Shown here piece after piece: positions 34,901 through 42,531 of a stretch of DNA of 64,000 bases. This DNA is from Desulfosudaceae bacterium (GTDB lineage Bacteria > Desulfobacterota > Desulfobacteria > Desulfobacterales > Desulfosudaceae): assembly GCA_963674745.2 (NCBI GenBank), contig CAXXDV010000003.1, positions 1,376,001-1,440,000 on the forward strand. Reading direction: 5' to 3'. A program made the position numbers and the translations under genes. Under the pieces are notes generated by a model, which had not been told where the DNA came from, did not search any database, and worked only from the letters and a program-made list of their open reading frames with translations. Every line of letters starts with the position of its first letter. The stretch's first letter is position 1.

Positions 34901-35433
34901 TATGGCTGATTCGACGCCTGCTGATTGCACTGGTTGTCGGGCCCGTAATGACCATCATCGTGGCCGGTATCGGCTGGGCCATTATTACCGGCAACGCCCT
35001 GGACATCACAGCCTTTTTCCGGTTCCTGCTGTCTCCGTTATCGGCCTGGCAGAACGCCGGGCAGGGATTACCGGCCGTGGCCTGGCTGGCCGGCGGCCTG
35101 GCTGGCGGAATGATTGTGGGCAGACGGATTCAAAGTCTTGTTGCCGGGCTGCTGATCCCGATCATTCCCTGGCTGCTGATTCAGCAACCGCTTAAAATTT
35201 CTGACATCGGCAGTGGTCAGGAAGTCCAAATTCTGAAGAAAGCTGTCATGGCCGCCCCCAAAGACCTGATGGTGGTACTGGCAGCAACGGCCCTGGGCGC
35301 ATTTCTGGGGGGACTGATACTTCCCCGCCGTAAGAAAGCAAAAAGATCCCGAAGGCGCAGCAGCCGGCATCATTATGATGACAACTATGATGATGACCTG
35401 GATGATCCGGGCGGTTTTGACGGAGATGATTAG
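31921..35433 (+). CDS. Large exported, membrane-anchored protein: Ig/carboxypeptidase-regulatory-like domains, HExxH zincin-like region, FecR-like domain, multi-TM C-terminus
   Basis: Signal peptide; 'LTGRVLDPAGQPVTGARL'; IIPHELGHFVHH and SFSENTADFFA; 'IETPGGIIKPTGTVVQV...VSTLHGSVQV'; ~5 hydrophobic segments; basic then acidic tail. Confidence 0.7.
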   Translation: MTKNNKFKMLIIFLLVFPLFPVDVTANADKYELVLRQTASDLGFDPAVNREGTEDEIFYSITAYNPDMMGLQFKVMVYKSKKIKQGVLEMGNAFMQTAKAQAGSLPSKSSSTRIFDGISVEQVSWAPHNYSGPVTAGATLKTTTLTVEPDPLIVFSVLVQGDRNPDPYMSALIKNLKNAGLFGPVDEGVAFTVQVRKDGWLPVDRPVATGNASPSSITLTGRVLDPAGQPVTGARLHIPSLNLSTDTNMDGSFRLYTATQGKDPFTLDFNITMQQPVSGTRVTITGPDFQTLPVPYNTQLTISATDRNGQPISKAAVGLNWTIPGFVRAPVASTMLDTLGQAKIPLEIHRPGPINSNVLAAEMLTVKVEAVVKPRDGGETARGIYTSPLNLALISGLTVGPDMQPREEAEAPRITGVSQKMCVDRWKDETGRFGILVHPLHPVSLKPMDNWELFWNENNHLPLNYPMATSPQPGQVLEVGKIDVLTPQEHIQRLTGVLKEFCSAMALTPTEQSGIQNAILRLVFQPGSSNDVPVYLDNYTDDSGIITTPGKAEAYWGNNLNVGDDPAYQIIPHELGHFVHHHLVEKHAFIHMCYNKLSTGDHETWKVPSTARFKAPYLSFSENTADFFALVFRNFWASRHPEIKESPYFMRPGYMPEFKTDEKAMAVVGSGTPGYLVEGVQTRFLRAFYGNAVNTRPAVVFNDYLNTMLLHLDRQSGWAGTLTNRPARTISQWVQTKQSLPRGLGSADVSALAGRYRLFEGAEPEPTATPEFGKKESRIIIYGHKEDFSAFPVVTIPFNQIIQVTAGLINIDLSDATVTRTLVVKAPARIKLYSRTRIKVYMGMVGADFPIEIETPGGIIKPTGTVVQVHVDDQEQTDVSTLHGSVQVTSNTGRITSLGAGQSIQMTADGAFSAVNAFNPEARLSAFLPDLELPPLPRQGSGSSPGLILNQIQERIKDFPWTNPDRVRERIKNLPRWALPAAALLAAILGAISLWLIRRLLIALVVGPVMTIIVAGIGWAIITGNALDITAFFRFLLSPLSAWQNAGQGLPAVAWLAGGLAGGMIVGRRIQSLVAGLLIPIIPWLLIQQPLKISDIGSGQEVQILKKAVMAAPKDLMVVLAATALGAFLGGLILPRRKKAKRSRRRSSRHHYDDNYDDDLDDPGGFDGDD

Positions 35434-35455
35434 ATATATCATGAGGGGGTTTTAA

Positions 35456-36814
35456 ATGCTGGAAACATTGAATTCCATCAGCGGTTTTGTGTGGGGACCC
35501 ATAACAATTGTTTTACTGGTCGGGACAGGGATTTTTATTACACTTCTTTGCCGGGTGATTCAGGTTCGAAAATTCTTTTATGCCTGGCGACTTATTTCCG
35601 GCAAGTTTGACAACCCTGATGACAAGGGGGAGATCACCCACTTCCAGGCGCTGTCGGCCGCTTTGTCTGCTACCCTGGGAACCGGTAATATTGCCGGTGT
35701 GGGTACGGCCATCGCCCTGGGCGGGCCCGGAGCGGTCTTCTGGATGTGGATTACCGCCATTTTCGGTATGTCCCTGAAATACGGCGAATGCCTGCTGTCT
35801 CTCAAATACCGGGTAATCCATCCTGACGGCGTTGTCGGTGCGGGTCCCATGTATTACCTGGAAAAAGGGCTGAAACAGAAATGGCTGGGTGTGCTTTTCG
35901 CCTTTTTTGCGGCCATTGCTTCTTTCGGAATCGGAAACATGGTCCAGGCCAATTCCGTGGCCGAACCGGTGGAAACCTATTTCGGCATCCCCAAGATCGT
36001 TACCGGCCTGGTTATCGGCGGCCTGGTTTTTCTGGTTATTGTCGGCGGCATTAAAAGAATCGGTCAGGTAGCCAGCAAAATGGTGCCTTTTATGACCGTC
36101 TTTTACGTGCTGGGATGCCTGGTAATCATCATCCTCAATATCAAAACGATTCCCCACGCATTTTCCCTGATATTTCACGACGCCTTTACCGGCACGGCCG
36201 CTGCCGGCGGTTTCGCCGGGGCCACCCTGGCCCAGGCGATTCGTTTCGGTGTCGCCAGAGGCGTATTTTCCAATGAGTCCGGCCTGGGAAGCGCACCCAT
36301 TGCGCATGGTGCGGCCAGGACCAAAGAACCGGTCAGGGAAGGCCTGGTGGCCATGCTGGGGCCGTTTATCGACACAATTGTCGTATGCACCATGACCGCC
36401 CTGGTAATCGTGCTGACCGGTGCTTTTGAAAGCGGCACCACCGGAGCCGACCTGACCGCCAAAGCCTTCAACCTCGGCCTGCCCGGACCCGGCGGCTTCA
36501 TTGTGGCCTTCGGTATCATCTTTTTCGCCTTCTCGACGGCCATCAGCTGGTCCTATTATGGCGATCGCTGTGTGGATTATCTGCTGGGTGAAAAAATGGT
36601 CATGCCCTACCGGGTGCTGTTCTGTATTTTGTTGCCGGTGGGCGCCTATATCAAACTGGAAACGGTCTGGCTGATCTCGGATATTTTTAACGCCCTCATG
36701 GCCTGGCCCAACCTGATCGGTCTGATTTTATTAAGCCCGGTAATCATTAAATCGACCAAAGAATATTTCAGTGATCCTTCCCGGGTATCTCCACCGGACA
36801 GAACCCGTTCATAA
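35456..36814 (+). CDS. Alanine/glycine:cation symporter (AGCS family)
   Basis: ATLGTGNIAGV, GGPGAVFWMW, GIGNMVQ, FSNESGLGS, FIDTIVVCT. Confidence 0.95.
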   Translation: MLETLNSISGFVWGPITIVLLVGTGIFITLLCRVIQVRKFFYAWRLISGKFDNPDDKGEITHFQALSAALSATLGTGNIAGVGTAIALGGPGAVFWMWITAIFGMSLKYGECLLSLKYRVIHPDGVVGAGPMYYLEKGLKQKWLGVLFAFFAAIASFGIGNMVQANSVAEPVETYFGIPKIVTGLVIGGLVFLVIVGGIKRIGQVASKMVPFMTVFYVLGCLVIIILNIKTIPHAFSLIFHDAFTGTAAAGGFAGATLAQAIRFGVARGVFSNESGLGSAPIAHGAARTKEPVREGLVAMLGPFIDTIVVCTMTALVIVLTGAFESGTTGADLTAKAFNLGLPGPGGFIVAFGIIFFAFSTAISWSYYGDRCVDYLLGEKMVMPYRVLFCILLPVGAYIKLETVWLISDIFNALMAWPNLIGLILLSPVIIKSTKEYFSDPSRVSPPDRTRS

Positions 36815-36869
36815 TGTGCTATTAGCCGGGAAAATAATTGCAAACGCCCCTAAAGGTGCGCCTTGAGCG

Positions 36870-37379
36870 TCAGCGACCGTTGGCAACGCCGGAAACGGGT
36901 CGGGGATGCCGTTTCAAGTAAGATCTCAAAGCACTTCGTGAGGCCCGATCTACAAGCGAAAAAATTTCATCAATACGATGCCGGCAACCCGACGGCATAT
37001 GCCCGCTTAACAGATGAAACTGTATATCAAACTTCTCGGTGCAATCGAAAAATGCTTTATAAAGCGCGTGATTTTTTATCCGTCGCCCTTTGTTCGAACA
37101 GTATTGATTCTTTACCAGTCTGTCCTTCCGGAAAAGCAACCCTGCAATATTCTGAGAATCAGTGTAAGCGACGATCTTTCTTTCAGATATTTCAGACAAT
37201 GCCCAGAGCAGTGTCTGCAGTTCCAGCTTAGTGGATGATGTGTTTTCAAAACGTTTGGTCTTAATCAGATCGCTCAGCACGCTGATATTCTCAGGCGCGT
37301 TGGTAAATGCCAGATATGCGCCAAAGCCAATGCCTTGCCTGGGGCTCACACTACCGTCGGAAAACAGAAAAAGATTCAT
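36870..37379 (-). CDS. Ribonuclease H (RNase HI-like)
   Basis: FSDGS...GIGFGAY, TKLELQ, AYTDSQ, IKNHALY, SGH, D. Start placed at ATG 37379 (MNLFLFSDGS) rather than the longer ORF-track start. Confidence 0.82.
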   Translation of the reverse strand: MNLFLFSDGSVSPRQGIGFGAYLAFTNAPENISVLSDLIKTKRFENTSSTKLELQTLLWALSEISERKIVAYTDSQNIAGLLFRKDRLVKNQYCSNKGRRIKNHALYKAFFDCTEKFDIQFHLLSGHMPSGCRHRIDEIFSLVDRASRSALRSYLKRHPRPVSGVANGR

Positions 37380-37661
37380 AAAAAAATTAATGATGATTAT
37401 TAATAAGTGGGGCCTATCCCTAAGAATGTGTTTTAAGGCTTGATATATCACTTTATGCTATCACCTACTGCAGTCCAAGCAAAAAGAACGGTTTAAAACG
37501 AAAACCGTGAAACCTTCCGCCCCATAAAACGCCTGCCCTTTGCGGAAAATTGACGGGTTTGCAGTATGTGATAAGGATTGAAATCTAAGGCAAAATTTGG
37601 TATTATTTAAAAATTAACTTAACAGCAGCCTGCAATTCCCTTTTTACCAAAAAGTTGATAG

Positions 37662-39848
37662 GTGATGAAAAAGACTTTTCAAAACAGAACCAGGCCCTGT
37701 TTCCTTATCATCACCGTTATATCTCTGTTTGCTGTTTATGCCGATTTGAGTGGTTTTTATGGCACCTGGGAGCGGCAAACCATTGACATGAGAACCCGCC
37801 TGATCAGAAAAGACACCCCCCTGCCCCCGAAAATAGCCATAATTGTGGTTGATGAAGCATCCCTCAATTATGTCAACTATATCGCCGGGCGATGGCCATG
37901 GCCGAGAAGCATCCATGCGGATCTTATTGAAGCGTTAACGCAATGGGGAGCTGAGAATATCGTTATTGACTATCTGTTTACGGAAAATCAGTTTGATACC
38001 GATACATCCAGCAGCGAGCTTGGTGCTGACGATACCCGGCTGTCTGCAGCCACCGCTGCTGCCGGCAATGTCTTTCATGCCGTTCAGCTGGTCGAGGATA
38101 CGGAAGATGAAGTCAACAAAACCCAGTTGGACCGTGATATGCCGGATGATTTTCTTAACACTTTTGCCGTGGATGTGACAACCGACACCGTTTACGCCGG
38201 TTACAACAACTATTATCTTCCCTTCCCGTCACTGTATCAGGCGGCCAAAGGCATCGGCGTGATCACATTCGACCCCGATCGGGACGGTGTTCTGCGTGAA
38301 GAGCGGCTCTTGTTCAATTATAAGGGGCGTTATTTCCCGGGCCTTTCCCTGTCCCCGGTATTAAGCGGATATGCAAATGAGAAGATCATCCAGACGGATA
38401 AAGCGCTTCATCTTCCCGATGTGATAATCCCGTTACGGGACAAACAGTATTATGTCAATATGTACGGTCAATATGATAATAATGTCTATTCCTATGGCGG
38501 CGCACTGGTAACCATCGGAAAGCTTCATGACGGAATTCTTGATGATCTGCCCGTCAGGCCGGAAGAGTTTGATGGCAAAACCGTGTTTGTCGGGGCGGCC
38601 GCTGTCGGAGTGGAAGATTTGAAACATACGTCCATTGCCACCAAAACCCCCGGGGTATTTCTGCACGCGTCTATTTTCGGTAATATTATTACCCGGGACT
38701 TTTTGCTGTTTGTTTCCCGTCCCCTGTCTCTGGCCGTCATCTTCCTGCTGGTTATCGTGACCGTGATGCCGATTTTTTATATTAAAAAAGTTTTTGCCCA
38801 GGTGCTCATTCCCCTTTCCGCCATCTCTCTGTACCTTGTGACTGCTTTGGCGGTGTTTAAAAGCAATACCGTTGTGATGATGATCAACCCCTTGTTCTCG
38901 TTTGTCGGTGCCTATATTCTCAGCTTTACGTATATCGGCCTGACCGAAGGCCGGGACAAACGCAAAATCAAAAACATCCTGGGCCAGTATGTCTCCCCCG
39001 ACATGCTCAACGAGGTACTGGAAAAGCACAAGGACGATTACTTCAAGGCGGAAGTCGGCACCAGGGAAGAGCTGACCATGTTTTTCTCTGATATCCGCGG
39101 CTTTACGTCCCTGTCCGAAAAGCTCAGGGAAGAACAGGTGGTGGAAATGCTTAACGCTTACCTGTCACGCATGGTCAACATTATTCATGAAAATGAAGGG
39201 ACCCTGGATAAATTCATCGGTGACGCGGTGGTCGCCTTCTGGGGCGCGCCTTTGCCTCATGACGACGATCACTACCGGGCCGTGAAATCGGCCCTGGAGA
39301 TGCTGGACTCCCTGGAAGGGATTAACCGCTACAACCGGAAAAACGACCTCCCCGAACTGGCCATCGGGATCGGCATCCATACCGGCAGCGTCATCCTCGG
39401 CAATATCGGTTCCGAGAAAAAACTGGACTACACGGTTATCGGCGACAATGTCAATCTCACCTCACGTCTTGAAGGGTTGACCAAAGGCTATCAATGCCGG
39501 GTTATAATATCCGGGGAGACGTATCAGCATGTTAAAGACAAAGTGCTTTGCCGAATCGTCGATTATGTGGTGGTCAAGGGGAAAAACAAACCGATCATGA
39601 TTTATTCGGTCCTGTGCCATCGTGAAGCAGCAACTCAGGAAGATATGGACGTTGCCTTCTTTTCGCTTCAGGCGTTTGAATTTTATCAAAAAAAACAATT
39701 CACCGATGCCATTGCCTGTTATGAAAAAATTTTAAAGATCAGGCCGGAAGATTATCTGGCGAACATGTTTATAGAACGTATCAGAGGGCATATGACGTCC
39801 CCGCCGCCGGACGACTGGGACGGGGCCTTTATTCAGACAACCAAATAA
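37662..39848 (+). CDS. CHASE2-domain class III adenylate cyclase
   Basis: CHASE2 (GRWPWPRSIHA, DRDGVLR, PGVFLHA), 3 TMs, FSDIRGFT, DKFIGDAV, DYTVIGDNVNLTSRLE (Lys/Asp residues of ATP-specific cyclases), TPR-like tail. Confidence 0.93.
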   Translation: MMKKTFQNRTRPCFLIITVISLFAVYADLSGFYGTWERQTIDMRTRLIRKDTPLPPKIAIIVVDEASLNYVNYIAGRWPWPRSIHADLIEALTQWGAENIVIDYLFTENQFDTDTSSSELGADDTRLSAATAAAGNVFHAVQLVEDTEDEVNKTQLDRDMPDDFLNTFAVDVTTDTVYAGYNNYYLPFPSLYQAAKGIGVITFDPDRDGVLREERLLFNYKGRYFPGLSLSPVLSGYANEKIIQTDKALHLPDVIIPLRDKQYYVNMYGQYDNNVYSYGGALVTIGKLHDGILDDLPVRPEEFDGKTVFVGAAAVGVEDLKHTSIATKTPGVFLHASIFGNIITRDFLLFVSRPLSLAVIFLLVIVTVMPIFYIKKVFAQVLIPLSAISLYLVTALAVFKSNTVVMMINPLFSFVGAYILSFTYIGLTEGRDKRKIKNILGQYVSPDMLNEVLEKHKDDYFKAEVGTREELTMFFSDIRGFTSLSEKLREEQVVEMLNAYLSRMVNIIHENEGTLDKFIGDAVVAFWGAPLPHDDDHYRAVKSALEMLDSLEGINRYNRKNDLPELAIGIGIHTGSVILGNIGSEKKLDYTVIGDNVNLTSRLEGLTKGYQCRVIISGETYQHVKDKVLCRIVDYVVVKGKNKPIMIYSVLCHREAATQEDMDVAFFSLQAFEFYQKKQFTDAIACYEKILKIRPEDYLANMFIERIRGHMTSPPPDDWDGAFIQTTK

Positions 39849-39877
39849 TTCGATAAAAACAAGGAGCAAACTGTTTT

Positions 39878-40375
39878 ATGCCAAGAAAAACGCTGATGTT
39901 TCTTATTTGCGCACTTGTTGTCCCGGCAGTTGTTTCGGCTTATGACCTGTATGTCAAAAGCGTCAAAGCGCCGGTATATGCCATGCCGGATACGGCTTCA
40001 GGCCTCATGGTCACATATGAGAAAGGAACGAAACTGGCCGGGGTTGAGAACAAGGGCAACTGGCATATGATCAGGGTAAAAGATGGCACCGGCTGGGTAT
40101 ACCGGTTTCTGGTCGGCGACAAGCCGCCCCTGAACGCCGAAGAAAACGATGCCCTGATCAATCAGTACAAAACGTTTTCCTCCAAAGCCAGGCGGCGGCC
40201 GTCATCTTACACGGCGGCGGCGGCGGCAAGAGGGCTCAGGGAAAAACGCAAACGTTTTGCTGAAAAATACAACCTTGACTATAAAACACTGGAAAAAGTT
40301 GAAGCGGTTCAGATTTCCGAGGCCGAACTGATGTCATTCATCAAACAGGGGATTGAAAATGCGCACAAGGATTAA
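39878..40375 (+). CDS. Exported SH3-domain protein
   Basis: Signal peptide; 'KGTKL...ENKGNWHMIRVKDGTGWV' bacterial SH3 pattern; TAAAAARGL. Confidence 0.75.
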   Translation: MPRKTLMFLICALVVPAVVSAYDLYVKSVKAPVYAMPDTASGLMVTYEKGTKLAGVENKGNWHMIRVKDGTGWVYRFLVGDKPPLNAEENDALINQYKTFSSKARRRPSSYTAAAAARGLREKRKRFAEKYNLDYKTLEKVEAVQISEAELMSFIKQGIENAHKD

Positions 40376-41192
40376 TGTCGTTCTCTTTATTTTAATATTC
40401 GCTCTTTTGACCGTAAGCTTCGTTTTCGCGGGTGAAGGGAGAAGGCGGCTGTCCGCCCTTGATGAAAATTATGATGACCAGAGCGATCTGGAAGCGGAAA
40501 TCAGTTTCGGCCGGGACCTGGCCGCCAGGATTCTTGGTAACTACACGCTCCTGGACAATGTCGGGGTCAATCACTATGTCAACCTGGTGGGAAACGCCGT
40601 AGCCCTCTATTCCGGAAGACCGGAGTTGAAATTCCATTTTGCCGTTCTGGATGCCGGTGAATGCAATGCTTTCGCCGCCCCGGGAGGCTATGTGTTCATC
40701 ACCCGGGGGGCCCTCGATCTCATGGAGAACGAGGCGCAACTGGCGGGTGTGCTGTCCCATGAAATTGCCCATATCACTGAAAAACACATCGTCAAAGAGC
40801 TCAATATCCGGGGAGCGGACGATTCGATCACCGCTGGTCTGGCCAACCTGATCGGGGGATCTACTGACACCATGCGAAAAACGCTGGAGCAGGCGCTGGA
40901 AACAGCCGCTGATATCCTTTTTAACCGGGGTTATAAAATCAAAGATGAACTGGAAGCCGATCAGATCGGCATCCTCATGTCTGCCGTGGCGGGATATAGC
41001 CCAGACGGACTGAAAAATTTTCTGTCCAAAGTCAAACACTTTGAGCCCGAAGACGCCACCTATAAAAACAAAGAACACCCCATGCATATGGTACGCCTTG
41101 AAACAATTGATCAGACCATAAAGATAAACGGCCTGACCCAAAACCTTAACGCCACGATGAAAGGGAGGTTTAATGAACACATCAACCCTTAA
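40353..41192 (+). CDS. M48 family metallopeptidase (BepA/LoiP-like)
   Basis: NAFAAPGGYVFITRG, EAQLAGVLSHEIAH, ELEADQIG, HP. Confidence 0.92.
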   Translation: MKMRTRINVVLFILIFALLTVSFVFAGEGRRRLSALDENYDDQSDLEAEISFGRDLAARILGNYTLLDNVGVNHYVNLVGNAVALYSGRPELKFHFAVLDAGECNAFAAPGGYVFITRGALDLMENEAQLAGVLSHEIAHITEKHIVKELNIRGADDSITAGLANLIGGSTDTMRKTLEQALETAADILFNRGYKIKDELEADQIGILMSAVAGYSPDGLKNFLSKVKHFEPEDATYKNKEHPMHMVRLETIDQTIKINGLTQNLNATMKGRFNEHINP

Positions 41193-42456
41193 ATATCTGT
41201 TGATATTACTGGTCTTTCTGGTACCGAACAGCGTACTGGCCGACGACTTTCATTATGTCAATATGATCGTGGGAAACAGAGCCGCCGGTTTGGGCGGGGC
41301 ATACAGCGCCGTCTCCGATGACCCTTCCGGGTGTTATTACAACCCGGCCGGCATCGCCTTTGCGCCGGAAATGAGCCTTTCGGCCAGTGTCAATGTTTTC
41401 GGTACGTCGGAAAAAACCTACAAGGACGTGCTTACCAGGGTGAACGGCGGTAAGCTTGACTGGAAGCAGGAATCGTCCAGCCTGTTACCCAACTACTTCG
41501 GTGTTGTCCGAAAGATCGGCCGTGGCAGGCTCGGTTTGTCATATGCGGTTCCGGATTCGACCCACCGCCGGCAGAAACAGTACTTCAAAGACATTGCCAC
41601 TGTTTATGAAGACAATCCGGTCGAGTCCTATCTGATTCACATCAACGACAGTGACAAGGAATACCTGTTCGGCCCCTCCTATGCCATGTCGCTGTCCGAC
41701 TCCTTGTCGGTGGGCGCGACCATGTATTTTTATTACCGGGACATGGAAATCATCCGCAGCCAGCTGCTGCAGTTTCAACAGGGGGAACATTATTTTATTA
41801 ATTACTACAAAACCCGTAAAGATCGGGGCATTAAACCGATCCTGGGGCTGATCTGGGAACCCTATGATACGGTCGCCATCGGTCTTTCGGTCTCACAAAC
41901 GATTATTCTCGACAACGATACCCATACCACCGATATCTTCCGTGAAACCATTTCCGGCGGCTTTACCCTGGTTGACGGACAGGAATACGATTTTTCCGAC
42001 ACCGACAGTATTCACTTCCAGAGCCAGGACCAGGATAACAAGGAAGATTATCCCTGGTCCGGTTCACTCGGACTGGCCTGGTTTGTTTCCCCGAGCCTCC
42101 TGTTCACCGGGGACATCACCTTTCACGGCTCAGAAAAGGATAAAGAATCCGTGGTCAATTTTGCCCTTGGTACAGAATATTATTTTTCACGCAATCTGGC
42201 CTGGCGATGCGGCCTGTATACCGACTTTGCCAATACGGACAAGATATCGGACGGTGACACCAACCAGAAAGAGAATATTGATGTTTACGGCTTGAACACC
42301 AGCCTGACATTGTTCCACAAGCTGTCCAACATCACCATGGGTGTGTCCTACGGATACGGAAAAGGCGAGGCCCAGATGATAACCGACAGCACATTGATTC
42401 AGGACGCGGAAATCGAAAACATCTCCTTCTATCTGTCGGCCGCATACAAATATTGA
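41173..42456 (+). CDS. FadL/OmpP1-like outer-membrane beta-barrel
   Basis: GNRAAGLGGAYSAVSDDPSGCYYNPAG hatch motif; alternating beta-strand pattern; aromatic C-terminus (AYKY). Confidence 0.8.
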   Translation: MNTSTLKYLLILLVFLVPNSVLADDFHYVNMIVGNRAAGLGGAYSAVSDDPSGCYYNPAGIAFAPEMSLSASVNVFGTSEKTYKDVLTRVNGGKLDWKQESSSLLPNYFGVVRKIGRGRLGLSYAVPDSTHRRQKQYFKDIATVYEDNPVESYLIHINDSDKEYLFGPSYAMSLSDSLSVGATMYFYYRDMEIIRSQLLQFQQGEHYFINYYKTRKDRGIKPILGLIWEPYDTVAIGLSVSQTIILDNDTHTTDIFRETISGGFTLVDGQEYDFSDTDSIHFQSQDQDNKEDYPWSGSLGLAWFVSPSLLFTGDITFHGSEKDKESVVNFALGTEYYFSRNLAWRCGLYTDFANTDKISDGDTNQKENIDVYGLNTSLTLFHKLSNITMGVSYGYGKGEAQMITDSTLIQDAEIENISFYLSAAYKY

Positions 42457-42531
42457 TGGACTTGCAAATAATCAGTAACCGGATGGCATCCATACTGACA
42501 AGGCAATCAACATTCTCTCAAAGGAGAAAAC

